Below, in pieces: positions 1-13,714 of a DNA stretch of 64,000 bases; position 1 is the first letter of the stretch, and each line of letters starts with the position of its first letter. The notes under the pieces are model-generated. The model was not told where the DNA came from, did no database searches, and saw only the letters and a list, made by a program, of their open reading frames with translations. The stretch is from Takakia lepidozioides (taxonomy: Eukaryota > Plantae > Bryophyta), in NCBI GenBank assembly GCA_030704615.1, contig CM060731.1, positions 22,382,001 to 22,446,000 on the forward strand, in the 5' to 3' direction. Position numbers and translations under genes: made by a program.

Positions 1-1849
1 CTCTCAATGTCCCTTTGATTCCCCGCTTTCTAGTTCTTGTTACTCCATATAAATGGTTTCATAGGCTTGTCACGATGACACCCTACTACCTGCTTGCCTC
101 TCGTATTGTTATTCCTGCCCCCACAGCATTCATCGCCAATCTCAATGAATTATTTGCCCAATTCCCGTTCTTCTTCGGATGAAGAGCTTCGTGTGATCAT
201 CTAGCTGGTCTGCCATCAGGTGCATCAAAGGAGTCAAGTGTGTTTGCATTTTGTGTGCAGTCTAAATTCGAAATGGGAGTGGACATGGGATCGGGCATCG
301 GTGGGTCGTTAAGCCCGTTATGAGCTCCCTGTGTGCCATCGCCATCATTTTCGAAACCTCCACGTTGCCCACACTAGATCTCAACACTCTCATATGGATT
401 TTGTGCCCACGCATAATTTGGATCGTCTAACAAATCACTCCCTGAGTCACTCAACTTACTATCGGGGTGATCTACAATCGTCGTCAATCGTCGTCTCAGT
501 TGATTCTGATTCCCCTCCCATGGCATTGACGATCAGAATCACTACTCACTAATTAGACATTCTCATATCCTCCCAAGTCACTATCAGATAACAATCAAAA
601 TGGCTGGGAAGCATGGAATTCGGAAGCCATACTGAACGTGAAAGCAAATGTGAAAATTTCCCTCGAAAACTCCATTTCGAAAATGGCCCGTTGTTGTGGT
701 TATAATGCTTCGTTCGAATTCAAATATGATCAGAATTAATTCAACAACTAACCCACTGTTCATGCATTAAGTGATGGCGGCATGCTGTAAATTGGATCGA
801 GGCATCCTGATTAACTGCTCATAGGTGTTCCGAAATTTGCCTTAATATCTCACTCAAACTGCGCAGCAATATTTCAAATATGGACCGCCAGTAATTTTTA
901 AGGTTTCCACTTGTTGCTGTCATCATACTCGTCTTTGAGTTAAAAGAGGTCACTTCAGTTACCATTCTAGCCCATCACGTAATCTATTCTAACCACTCAT
1001 AAGATCTTAGCCTTTCTAGCTTTGCATGTGGTTGGTTTTGTATATTCATCTAGGGATCCATTTTCAAAAGTGGTTTGAATTGGGTTCATCTACCTTAGTC
1101 GTTTCTGCTAGCTCCCTCCCTCCCTTCACCACACTAAATCTAACATCCTCATATGTCCCTTGTTCTCCTTCCATCTGTTTCTTGATTAGTCTTTGAGGCG
1201 CTAAGGTGTTGTTCATCCTTACTCGGCTTTCTTCTCATCTCCATATTGCTACTCATCCCTGGTTCCGAAATACTCATTTATTTTCAGTTTGGCGTTGGCG
1301 GGAGACGCCGCATCATGAGTACCTCTTGTCTCTTTCATTTCATGGTGTTTTCATTGGATTCCTCGCACACATGCGCTCCCTCTTTTTGTGGCACGTCCTC
1401 GTCTTCCACTGTTGCACTTGCAGACTACATGGTAGGGGCACTGAATGCGCCCCCGGCATCGTCCGTTTTCCTCTGCTAGTAACTAATTCATGTTCCTCAT
1501 TTCCATTGTGCAGATACCTTGGTGGTCTCACGTTTTTGTCTTGGTGGTTGTTTCATATCCTGGGGAGGTCACTATATGTATTTTTTCCATATCACGTGCG
1601 TACAAATGTATAGTATGCATACTTATTACATTTTTCATTTTTTTCCATCCTATCTTTAGGTAATACTAGGGTAATATGTGTCGTTGGCCCCCCCGTTGCA
1701 GGTATGGACGTGACGCCGCAGTAATACGTCCGCGTCGGTGTCACGTCAAGACGTGACGGTCGTCACGTCACGTCCATAACAAGACATTCATCGCGGTATT
1801 TTTTTTTTTAAACTTTTTTATTTTTTATCTTCTTTTGCCACGTTGGCAA

Positions 1850-2070
1850 CAGCGAGGACGAAGGCGACCGGCCAGGTGACGGCTTGCCGAGGCGACCATC
1901 CAGGCGCCGGTCGCCGGGCGGGATTGGGCGCTGGCCCGGTCGACCGCCACGTCAGCGGTCGCCATGTGGGCGACTGCCACATCAGCAGTCACCACATTGC
2001 GCTGGTGGCCGCCACGTGGCGGACAACTTCCGGAAGGCGCTTGGGTGACCGTTTTTGAGCGGTCGCCCAT
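1850..2070. repeat. GC-rich cluster of GGCGACC(G)/(C)GGTCGCC motifs, cluster 1
   Basis: Motif repeated in both orientations, followed by CATATAAG. The following tcactttcactc...agct.tgttg...ggatgc also occurs after cluster 3 (about 23660-23703). Confidence 0.7.
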
Positions 2071-2139
2071 ATAAGGGGAATGAGGCCATTCTTGGATCTC
2101 ACTTTCACTCTTCCCCTTTAGCTCTGTTGGTGTGGGATG

Positions 2140-4505
2140 CTCAAGTATCAGGTCAACCAAAATTGGTTCAGAGAGTGAACTCATCATTCACAGATGAAAT
2201 CATTGGGAAAAATCCGTTGTCTGATTCTGCTGACGGCTGCCTGGGAGATAGGCTTCAACCCACATATTTTATTCGCTTGCAAGACAGATAGGGGGAAATG
2301 AACCTCGCGCGATCACCCGAGCTTTAATAGTGAGAGGTCTGAAACATTGCGTGGAAGGAAAACAGGGAAGGTCCCAAAAAATATAGAATTCGGAAAGTGG
2401 TAAAAAAAAAAAAAAAAAATGACCTCATTACACTCATCACGAAATTTTTTCCAGTTCAGTTCAGGTGGCAAAACTCGAAGAGTATCTCTCCGTCCGTCTC
2501 CAATACAATGTGTCTTATGAGGCATGAGATCGGAATTTCCGTTTATAATCGACATGAAGTTTCCTTTAACTTGACGAGTTTGTGGACGGGGCCGTTTCAC
2601 TCCGGAATTCCCGTGCAATGATGTAACCACACCCTCTCTACTTAGTTTTTTGTATTCCAATTTTGGATTGTTTTCAATCTTTGCAAGTGTGTTGGACATA
2701 CCTTGTCACATGCTCCTCTCAAGTATGAAGTCAATCAAAATTGATTGAAAGGGTGAACCCATCGTTCGCTGTTCAAATAATTTTTTATTGCTTTCAAACA
2801 TTGCGAGTGTGTTGGACATACCTTGTCAAAGGTACGTGTCGAGTATCAGGTCAATCGAAATTGATTCAAAGGGTGAACCATTCGTGGGCATGCCACACAC
2901 AATCCAATATGACCATTTCTTCTTCAGGTAACGTCCACTTTATAGGACGTCTTCCATAAGCAACCTCCAATGTCAAGATCCCAAAACTGAAAACATCAGA
3001 TTTTGTTGTTGCCTTACCAGTGTGTGCAAATTCAGGGGCCAAGTAGCCTCTGGTTCCTGCAACGTTAGTGGTTTGCAAGGTTTTGTTGTGATCAATGAGC
3101 CTTGCAAGACCAAAGTCTCCAAGGTGTGCAGTGAAATCAGCATCCAAGAGCACGTTGCTGGGCTTTACATCATCATTCGTTATTCAAATGATTTTTTATT
3201 GCTCTTTAACATTGCGAGTGTGTTGGACATACCTTGTCACAGACTCCTCTCAAGTATCAGGTCAACCAAAATTGGTTCAGAGGGTGAACTCATCGTTCCC
3301 TGGTGAAATGATTTTGGATTGTTTTCAATCTTTGCGAGTGTGTTCGACATACCTTATCAGAGGGACCCGTTGAGTATCAGGTCAATCAAAATTGATTGAA
3401 AAGGTGAACCCATCGTTCACTATTCAAATGATTTTTTATTGCTTTCAAACATTGCGAGTGCGTTGGACATACCTTGTCAGAGGCACGTGTCGAGTATCAG
3501 GTCAATCAAGTATCAGGTCAACCAAAATTGGTTCAGAGGGTGAACTCATCGTTCCCTGGTGAAATGATTTTGGATTGCTTTTAAACATTTCAAGTGTGTT
3601 CGACATACCTATCAGAGGGACTCGTTGAGTATCAGCTCAATCAAAATTGATTGAAAGGGTGAACCCATCGTTCGCTGTTCAAATGATTTTTGATTGCTTT
3701 CAAACATTGCGAGTGTGTTGGACATACCTTGTCAGAGGTACATGTCGAGTATGAGGTCAATCAAAATTGATTCAAAGGGTGAACCCATCATTCGCTATTC
3801 AAATGATTTTTTATTACTTTTAAACATTGCGAGTGTGTTGGACATACCTTGTCACAGGCTCTTCTCCAGTATCAGGTCAACCAAAATTAGTTTAGAGGGT
3901 GAACTCATTGTTCCCTGGTGAAATGATTTTGGATTGCTTTTAAACATTGCGAGTGTGTTCAACATACCTTGTCACAGGCTCCTCTCAAGTATCAGGTCAA
4001 CCAAAATTGGTTCAGGGTGAACTCATCGTTCCTTGGTGAAATGATTTTGGATTGCTTTTAAACATTGCGAGTGTGTTCGACATACCTTATCAGAGGGACC
4101 CGGTGAGTATCAAGTCAATCAAAATTGATTGAAAAGGTGAACCCATCGTTCACTGTTCAAATGACTTTTGATTGCTTTCAAACATTGCGAGTTAGTGTTG
4201 GACATACCTTGTCAAAGGTACTTGTTGAGTATGAGGTCAATCAAAATTGGTTCACAGGGTGAATTCATCGTTCCCTGGTAAATGAATTTGTGATTGTTTT
4301 CAATCTTTTGCAACTGTGTTGGACATACCTTGTCACAAGCTCTCTCAAGTATCAGGTGAATCAAAATTGATTCAAAGGGTGAACCCATCGTTCGATGTTC
4401 AAATGATTTTGGATTGCTGTCAATTTTTACGAGTGTGTTGGACAAAGACATACCTTCTCACGAGTACCTGTCAATTATCAGGTCTATGAAAATTGGTTGA
4501 AAGGG
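2140..4505 (+). repeat. 120-bp tandem repeat array (about 14 units), interrupted by two foreign inserts
   Basis: The marker gacatacct (or a 1-nt variant) recurs at about 2695, 2815, 3226, 3346, 3466, 3602, 3721, 3841, 3961, 4079, 4201 and 4322, mostly 120 bp apart. Confidence 0.95.
2879..3173 (-). pseudogene. Captured fragment of a receptor-like kinase (L-type lectin RLK-like, subdomains VIb-X)
   Basis: DVKPSNVLLDADFTAHLGDFGLARLIDH...VAGTRGYLAPE...KATTKSDVFSFGILTLEVAYGRRP. The fragment starts inside the HRD motif and sits within one 120-bp unit. Confidence 0.85.
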
Positions 4506-4610
4506 TTTAGGGTACACGGTTAAACCCCAAACTCTAAACCCTAGAAACCCTAAACCCTAAACCCGTTTCAATTTCTTAATAGGAAATCCGGACCACAGGT
4601 ACCAAGTTTG

Positions 4611-4641
<31 letters not shown>

Positions 4642-4649
4642 AAATCTCT

Positions 4650-5185
4650 CGGCGACCGGGAGGCGTGGCGGGCGAACGCCCGTTCTTGGGACCGCCAATG
4701 CTGGCAGTCCCGGAATTTTTTCTCTTTTTTTTGCCCAGGGAGACCGTATTGGTGGTCACCTAGCGGGAGGGGGGTGAGGCAAGGTGCCCGGCCAAGCGAC
4801 CACTATGGGCGGTCGCCGCCTGTATTTGCGAACGGTTGGGTTGTGGGTGGGGCGACCACCCCCACCGGTCGCCTGGCGATGCTCGCCCAGGGTGGGAGGG
4901 GAGGGGGGTGTATTGGGGCTAGGGCTTGGGCGCCCAGGCCCAGTTCGGTCGCCCGCAAGGGGTTTGTGGCGGGTTGGGCGACCGCCACAAACGGTCGCCC
5001 ATAGTGGCGGTTGCCAGGGGGGGGGCGGGGCTTATGCCTTCCGCCAGTGGCCTTGCGGGGAGGGGGTGGGGGTCGGGCGACCGCAGAAAGACGGTCGCCG
5101 CCGACGTGGAAGACACCGTTGGGAGTATTTGGCGGTCGCCCGAGTGGGTGGCAACGGTCGCCTAGAGGCTGGGACAGTATATAAG
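4650..5185 (+). promoter_or_regulatory. GGCGACCG motif cluster 2 plus TATA box upstream of the hAT transposase, preceded by AAACCCT telo-box repeats (about 4535-4564)
   Basis: Many GGCGACC/GGTCGCC copies; TATATAAG at about 5179; BED-finger ORF starts at 5413. Confidence 0.55.
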
Positions 5186-5412
5186 CTCTTCGTGGAGACA
5201 CCTTCTTACTTCACTTGTGGCATCCACTTTTGGGAGCTGAGACGTACACCATTCCTTGTGTGAGAGTGGTGCGCAAGATGAGGCTACAAGAGAGGTATTT
5301 TCTATTCATGCCATTCTGTTGGCATACACCGCACATGATCACTTGAAGTGTGTGATCCACTCTTGATCCACCATTCTTTTTCTTCATTATTACCGTAGGA
5401 TCCCTCTACAAA

Positions 5413-8400
5413 ATGAAAAATGAGTGGACCCCTTGGTACACAAGAGTTCCGCAAACAAGGGACTGTGTTGAGTGCAAGCTTTGTTGGAATAAATTGGATT
5501 ATCGCAAAGATCGGATGTTGGCTCATTTGGGGTACAGGGATTGCAATGGTCGAAACCCTGGGGTGGGTTTATGCTCAAAAGCATCTATGCGGGTGAAAGC
5601 TCATTTCAGGGTGAACGCAAGGTTGACTGGACCAAAATGGGCGTTACCGGCACAGTTTTAGATGACTGCAATTGATGGTGTCATCAATTGAATTTGAATT
5701 AACTCATTAAAACCAGCAAATATATATGTCATTGGATTCCTAGCTTCAATACGCACCCATAGCAACTCTCCAATCATAAATCCGATAAGAAATGACTCTG
5801 CTATGGACTTTTGAACACCGTCATTATGGACTGTTACCGCAGTGAATGGAATTACAATGGACTCAAGTTCTCCTATGTGCCAATTCCATTGAAATTTGGA
5901 CTTAAGGTGGCCATTTTGGTCCACATCATAGGTATGGATTTGAAGTGGTAAAATCATTTGTCATTTGGCTCATATGGACTAATATATATATATAAAATAG
6001 ACTTTTTTTGAAAAGTCCATAGCTCATATTGTTTTTTGGATTTCGGGTGTCATTTGTTTTCTAGAAGTATAAAAACCTATAATCTTCAATGGGTAGGTGG
6101 CATATTGAAAGTTTTTTGTAAACTCTAATTTTTAGTTTTTCATAATTTCTCTAAATAATAGACTAAAATATTTAATGAATTATATCTTTAATATTTGGGG
6201 TAGGACTCTTTACTAAATATGTTCAGTATACCATTATCTATCACTAAAAAAATATTTTGGATAGTATTATCAATTTTGTTTTTTGGTTATGGACTTTCAT
6301 GGAGCAGGATCTGCCATTTTTGGTCCACTCAACCTTGCAACTGCCCTTCGCGTAATGTGGAGGGTTGTTCCATAGCCATTGGAGGAAGGGAACCTCGTAG
6401 AAGGCAACACACCAAATTGCGGTCAGGAGATTAATCCCCCTCATGCAGAAGCAGCACGTTTGCGTCCGGAAGCACCATTAAGTTGTACGCAAGGGAACTC
6501 TTGCGAGGTATCTGGTACATTGGGTCAGGGGGGTCGAGATGCAATCACACCACAAGATACAAGAGGATCTCAAAGAAATACAATCCTGCGACAACAATCA
6601 TTTCGGATGGATTGAACGTGACAACGAAGAGGGCGTTAGATAAGAAGTGGACAACGTTTTTCTATGAGACCAACATACCATTCAACGTGGCATGGCTCCC
6701 ATCGTTTGTTTCAACTATGAGAACAACTTCGGAGTGAAAATGCACGTACACACCACCTCTTTACAATGCTCTACGTACGGGATTGTTGGAAGAGGCCATG
6801 ACTGACCTTTCAAAACGAGTAACAGATCGAACCGGGGATTCATTGCGAAACTATGGAAGTACATTATGTGCCGATGGTTGGAGCTCAGTCACAAACCGAC
6901 CATTATTCAACATCATGCTCGTATGTCCAGTGGGGGAACAATTTATATGAGCTATTGACACAATCAGGAAACGGAAGGATGCATGTTACCACTTTCTGGT
7001 GCTATCGAAAGCCATTGATTCTGTTGGACCAGAGAAAATTGTGCAAATTTGTACGGACAATACCTCGAACATGAGAAATATGGCCCAGTTATTTTTGGCT
7101 CAGTGCCCTCACATGTATTATCAAGGATGTTGTGCTCATATCCTCGACCTACTGTTAGAAGATTGGGGAAAAAAGCAATGAGTGAAAGACCTTGTGAAGC
7201 AGGCCAAGTCTGTTATGAAGTTCATCCGAAACCACCACATGCCTTTGGCAATATACAGGAGGCACGAACCAAAATACAGCCTAAAGAATCCAGGAGAAAC
7301 TCGGTTTGCCACCAACTTCCTGATGGTGGACAGGTTGGTGACTGTGAGGTCCGCGCTCGAGCACACTGTTATTGACCCACAGTGGGAAGTCCACGTACGG
7401 ACGTTGCGGGACTCTCGGAAGAACAAGTCACTGAGCAAAAGTCAAAAGGTTAGAAAGACCATTCGATCAGATGATTTCTGGTCCAAGTGCGAGAATTTTG
7501 TGCACATGGTGGAGCCAGCCCTTGTTGTGTTACGGGAGTTCGACGGAAAGAAACCAGTTATGGGAAAAACATGGTTGTTGTTGAGGAACTTTCAGCAACA
7601 TGTATTTTCATTGAAAGACCCTCCATTCTCACTAGATGCAGAGTTGGCGAGAAGGGTCGAGGCGAGAAGGGCCGAGGCGGCTTTTGTGAAACGATGGAAA
7701 ATGGCCACTACAGACTTGCATGGTGCTAGGGCATTGTTGACTCCATTTCTACTAGACAACAACATGTTGAGAGATGATGTCGATGCGAAAGCGGGATTGA
7801 TACGGACACTCATGAAGTTGGTCCCTCCAAATCAGGGGGAGAGAGCTATATCGGAGTATCAAAGTTTCTCGGATCGTCGTGACCCTTTCCACAACCTTCC
7901 GGATCCAAAAAGAACTTAACATACAGATGCATGAATGGTGGGATTTGATTGGCGCCGGAGCAAGGACATTGGACCCTATCGCAAAGCGCGTTCTTGCTCA
8001 AGTATGCTCCGCATCTTCCTGTGAACGTAATTGGTGTAGTTATTCATTCGTGCATAGCAAGATTCGGAACATGTTGCATCCGGATAGGGCCGAGAAATTG
8101 GTATATGTGTATACCAATTCACGGCTATTACGGGCTCAAGCGGGGGATGATACTGCAGCATGGTACGATAGGAATTTGCAATCTGAAGACTCAGCTTCTG
8201 AGGCCTATACAACAAGTGACGATGCCGGTAATTCTACTAGTTCGAATAGCTCCCAAGCGGGAGATGATGCAGAGGGCAATGATGCAGAGGGCAATGAATA
8301 TGATGCACATGGTTTTAACGAGAACATTGATACAATGCCTTCGATGTCTGATGACTTACTCGCGGATGATGTGGTGCATCATGTGGCTCATATTGGAGTC

Positions 8401-9254
8401 ACCCGCACTACAGTGCATGATACGGACCACCACCCGCATGTGCATCCTCTTTCGACATTGCCAAGCAGTGCAGTCAACTTCGGCCTTCACCCAAGCGTAG
8501 ATGAGGAATTGGGCTCAGGTAGTATTCCGAATGGGAACGAGATCATTGAAAATGTGGAAGTACACATGGCAACAACTGTTACCCTTCCATCCACCACAAC
8601 ACCGCAAACAACAGAGGAAGTTGAAGAGCATGAATCGCACGAGAATGTGACAAAAAACATGGCAAGCGCTCATGTGACGCGATGACAGGCACTTCGGTCA
8701 TCCCAAATGCAGATGGAAATGTCTTCGGTGGATCCATCGGATGACGATCATCTGCCATTGCAGGTCCATTTGAACCGACAGTCCACCCACGTCAATTGAC
8801 TCTCATCTCATGTCGGCGGACCCTCAGCAGCGCATCACCGTGGCCCCCATTCTGGTACGAGAATACAAAATCCCCCACAAGCGGCGAAAAGGCAAAAAAC
8901 TGTACAAAGTTTCATTGGTGGATCGCAACACACGTGGGCCAGATAATATCAATGGGAATTACTGATCACGATGGGAATAGGCCAATTTGGCAAATGAAGA
9001 TCAAACGGGGTCGGATGCACCTAAGAATGTCTGATGCAACCACAACGGCCACTGAGGACGATGAGAGCACTGACCATGGCGCTGGCGGTGAAGTGCAGGG
9101 GGACTCGGACTTCACGCTGGTGGGGGCGGCAAGATTGTTATCTCGTCGTAGAAATAGAAACAATTATGAAGACGAACATCTTCGTAGGCAAGAACTTGCA
9201 AGACGGTCCGCGGTGAATGTGTCACGGTCCACTAAACTATTAGAATACATGTAG
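5413..9254 (+). pseudogene. hAT transposase (BED finger, DUF659-type DDE core, hAT dimerisation domain, acidic tail), disrupted by stops, frameshifts and a MITE
   Basis: CKLC...MLAHL BED-like finger; TLCADGWS (D1); VQICTDNTSNM (D2); CCAHILDL (CxxH); TRFATNF; EWW...SASSCERNWCSYSFVHSKIRNML (E and dimerisation motif). Confidence 0.92.
5609..6346. mobile_element. AT-rich MITE (738 bp) inserted into the hAT transposase
   Basis: About 33-bp TIRs GGGTGAACGCAAGGTTGACTGGACCAAAATGG / GGGCAGTTGCAAGGTTGAGTGGACCAAAAATGG; flanks TTCA/TTCG. Confidence 0.8.
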
Positions 9255-12239
9255 CCCGGTTTGCTTTAGTGTGAAATATGAAATTGGTTTGGAACTTGCA
9301 TTTATATAATTATGAAACTATGAATGTATACAAAGTGGAATGTGCATGCACCATGATGTTCATATAAAATAATATCAATAATGCCAAATGATGTTGGGTC
9401 AATGACGAACAAGATGAGATATACAACAACCGCGGTTGTCCAGCAGAGCAGACCGCGCAATATTTACATTTTGGCATGCAATGTATTGAGAACTATTCAC
9501 TCTGAAATTGAGTATTCCTATGAAATATTCATATATGCCGGTGGACTTGATTAAAATTCCAAACCCGCAACTTGACAACAATGGTGGACTTGTTAATAAC
9601 TTACTCATCGACACTATGAAGTTCTACATTAAATCCCTATCAGGTCAATCAAAATTATTGTGGTTAACAGTTATTCAGCTCAACAAATATGACGTACAAC
9701 CGTGGTCCATGCAAAATTCAAATTGAAAATTCCAGAATAATGAGAAAGAGTGCTTCAAATATAAAGGTCGTCCACAAGCATTGGGCGCCATAATCAAATC
9801 ACAAAAGACATGCCTCATTGGCAATGCTTCGAAATTCGAGCATGAAATGCTATGTTGAAATTTTACAAACCTATTAAAAGTTATAGGAATACTATCATTG
9901 ACAAAAAGATCTATTCATAATTGTAATATGTAAGCGAGGCTATTCCGATAAATCTATAGTCTCTTGTGTTTCACTCCCTGAAGTTGTAGATGGCACCGCC
10001 GGACGTGGGGTTGATGACAACCCGGAGTGTGTAGAAGCGACGTCCGGATGAATAGGCAAGCGAGCTCGGGTCTAGTATCGAGTGCGAGGTGGTGGCCCGA
10101 GCCTACCACGTTCCTCGTCCACCCTTGCCATCATGCGGAGTGACTCCGGGGAGTATTGATTGCCACTCTGTTTAACTATCATTTTGGAGGCGACGAGGCA
10201 ACGAGTTAACATTGTTGGCGACAGTTTCAGCGGCCTCCAAGGTAGCTACTAGGTCCTGGACATTTGGGAGATCAATGGATTTCACACCCACTAACGCGCT
10301 TGCTAGACTCATTTGCCACGTTCTAACGACTTGCCTAATGGCCTTGGCATATCTGTTGATTTTCTTTTCATCCGCATCCTCATATGCGGGATTGCAACGC
10401 AGCCGCCGCTCTTTGCGTTCCGTCATTGCGTCGTTCATTCGGATCCATGATTTGGCAACATGCTCAAGGCTATGCAGCAGCAGATGCCGGCCAATCGGAT
10501 TACCGTTGTTTGAGGAAAGGTTCACTCCGTTTGGTGGGTTCTCGGGCAGCTGAAAAAACCTCTCGCTTCTTATTCCCCAATGTCCTCCAAGGTTTCGACA
10601 AAACAACTCCCGTTGATCTGGATCTTCTATGCAACGAGCACGTTTTGTGATTTCCCAATTAGATGTCATCCAAAACTCATTGATATCGAACGTTCGATCG
10701 GATATCATGCCATGCATCCTCGTATCGGCATTCCATGCCAACGTCTTCCCCCAGTGTTTGCCGTTCAGAAAATTATGAGGTTCTTGGTCCAAAGGGAAAT
10801 TGTGTCGATTGAGCTCATACCCTATGGGCATCACATCCTCCAACCCAAATAGCTCATAGTAACGTCGGTGGATTGGCGCACGACATGACGGACATGTGTT
10901 GCTTATCAGAGCCACCGACTTCAAACAAGTTACGTGAAACATATGTCCACAACTTCCCAACAAAGTATGCACCCTCAGGACCATATGGATTAAGGCAAAC
11001 AAGCACTAGAGGAAAAACGCGGAATAACCACTGGCCCTTTAACCACTACTGTCTTTTTCTACTCTTTAAATCACTAGTAACCACTTGCCAGTGGTTAATC
11101 TCAATGAAATGCCACGGTGGCATCACAGACAGTGGTTGGAAGTGGTTTCAACCACTCAGTGGTCCATGTGTAATAATTTGTTTTTATTTATTATTATTTA
11201 TTTGGTAATACATTTTAATTAATAATTATAATATTCCACGTGGACGAGTGCAGTGGTACATTGTGAGTGGTTATAGACACCTCAGTGATGGGAAGTGGTT
11301 GAAACCACTTGCTACTCCACGTGTAATAATTCAAATTATATTTGTGATTTATGATTTGGAAATATATTTTAATTCATAAATATAATATTCCACGTGGACG
11401 GGGACAGTGCACGTTGATCTTGAGTGGTTAAAGACACATCATTGATTTGTACTACTTTGACAGTGGTGGAGAGTGGGTGGTGAAAGATACTGCAATAATT
11501 GGAACCACTATTCTAGTGGTTGCTCATGAGTGGTTGCCTACACAACAGTGATTGGTACCACTTTTTGGGTGATACATAAAAAACTTTAAGTGGTTTGTGC
11601 AGCTGTGACAGACTTTGAAAGACAGACAAGTGGCCAAACCATTGTGGGCTGATGCTATTGAACAAATGGTTCCAACAATAAGCTTTATTCTGAATCTGAA
11701 ACATATTCGTCACCCTCTGAATCACTTTGCTCAACTGGAATAGCGGTTGGTTGCACAAATGCCGCTTGAATGGTAGCCAATATAGCCAGGTCTTCTTTAT
11801 TTAGAGCCGTGGGACCATCTAATGACCTAGGTATTGGCTGATCTGATAAGGTAGACGTCGATTGGCACGCCACTCATCACCACATGCCTCTCTGTCTGCT
11901 GTGAACTGTGCCTTCTCTGTTGCATACTTTTTGTCGCAAAATGGCAACAAGAATGACACATGTTAGCAATGAAGTACTGCATTACTTAGCAAAAAATCCC
12001 TAGCATGAATGATACTTTGAAAACCACTGTTTCAAACCACTGGAGGAGTGAGCAGAATGACTTGTAAATGAACATGCTCTTCTAACAAGTCACTCACTCA
12101 AACATTCCGTTACTACAACATTGGTTATAATCAGGATGAACCACTGACATTTGTGACTTTGTGGGTGGTTTGATTACACTAGTGACAGTCAGAATTGAAA
12201 TTGAACTTGATATGAATAAGGTGCAATGAAAAGAAGTAC

Positions 12240-12590
12240 TCACTGCACCCAAGGAGCCATGACATTGGTATTGTTCAGCACATACAAAATTTGTGCTGCA
12301 TCTCTCCCAGCTCCAGTCATGTCCCGCTTTTTGCCGACACCTTCGAAGACCTCGTCCTCAACCCCTTCCTCCGCATTTGCATCCCAAGTCCGCCGTTGAG
12401 TTGCATCAAATGATTGCATATACTCAGTCATGAACCCCATGGCCTCATCCAGAACATACCCTGCAGCCGTCCCTTCTGGCTTTGCGTAATTCCTAACGTA
12501 TCCCTTAAGATCTTTCATGTAACGCTCCATGGGATATATCCACCGTGAAGACACCGGATGAACAGTTTTGTTTATCTCCATGGAATACAT
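12240..12590 (-). pseudogene. CACTA transposase (TnpD, DUF4218 region) remnant
   Basis: PVSSRWIYPMERYMKDLKGYVRNYAKPEG matches the RWMYPxER...YVxNxAxPEG signature. Confidence 0.85.
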
Positions 12591-12965
12591 CTATGTGCTC
12601 ACTTGTAACCACTAAAATGAATTTTAAAAAAAAAATCAAAGTACAAAAGATTAAAAAAAAACACATCGGCTGGTAAGTGCAGAGTGTCGCCTTGGTGGTT
12701 CAGGGTTCAAACCCGCTGCATTACCCCATGTGTGGGATTGTTTGTGACGACGGTATGTCTGGGCGTTGATCATCCTTTAGGTCTCATGGCCCATAAATGA
12801 AAGGGGGTTAATTTTTCCCCCTCCTCAAGGGCCTAAGGTTTCCTTTAAATTTTATTTAAAAAATAAAATAAAAAATGCTTATAGGGTTTGTAAAAAGTTA
12901 AAAAGTTGCCCATCACGTATGTACAATATATACATACTTTTGGAGGGAAATTTCAAATGTGTGCA

Positions 12966-13040
12966 TGTAGCGTACTGGTAAGGGCTCTTCTTGTGTGTCG
13001 CGGGGTCGCGGGTTCAAACTCCTTGCGTTGTTTTTTTTTC
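12966..13040 (+). other. tRNA-like Pol III A/B-box segment (SINE-head-like); second degenerate copy at about 12668-12720
   Basis: TAGCGTACTGGTA (A-box-like) ... GGTTCAAACTCC (B-box-like) followed by a T9 run; no proper cloverleaf. Confidence 0.4.
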
Positions 13041-13714
13041 CCTCATGCACTAAGCCCCACTAAGCCCTATCGTTGCTGTGCACACTAAGTCCTCGTGCAG
13101 GTTGGTCTTAGCAGGTCGCGTTTCAACGCTCAGTTGCAACGTGGTGGTTCTCATGGACAATCCGACATTACCTGACGACAGACACAAGCAGCAACACAAG
13201 AGGTCTGTTTGGGTTCATGGCCTGTCAAATCCACCATGGGTCATGACACAAGGTTGACGACAATGTGGTTAGGGCACCTTCTTCTTCGACCTATTTCAGC
13301 CTATTTTTCCCTCTCATCAGACTCGGCCCTGAATTTGCAGCACGGAGCAGAGCTCGCATGAGTTTTTTACAGATCCTTCATGATGGTGGGACAATCGCAA
13401 TCGCAAGGTGTGGCTTTTTCTTAATGTAGGATGTGAAGAAGTTTGTCCATCCTGCAAATGTGGGCTTTTGGCTCCTATTAGTACCATGATTTGGTATTCT
13501 TCCTAATGTTTACAAGGTTCTTGGGAGAGTTAGCTTGGTCTTAGCAGGTCGTGTTTCAATCTCTGCTCGCTTAGCTGCACCATGGTGGTTCTCATGGACC
13601 AATGCGATGTTTTTTTTTTTTTCCCTCAAGCACTAAGCCCCACTAAGCCCTATCGCTGCTGCCCACTTAAGTCCTCGCTAATGTTTACAAGGTTCTTGGG
13701 AAAGTCAGCTTGGT

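Noticed and set aside
271-284. 14-bp match AAATGGGAGTGGAC to about 43965
   Set aside because: Short isolated match with no surrounding similarity.
2140-4505. Short ORFs across the 120-bp arrays (also 22356-22866)
   Set aside because: Artefacts of a repeat unit divisible by three; frequent stops and no protein signature.
4774-5263. Overlapping Gly/Arg/Pro-rich ORFs (also 1825-2187 and 23132-23731)
   Set aside because: Stop-poor GC-rich motif clusters, not credible proteins.
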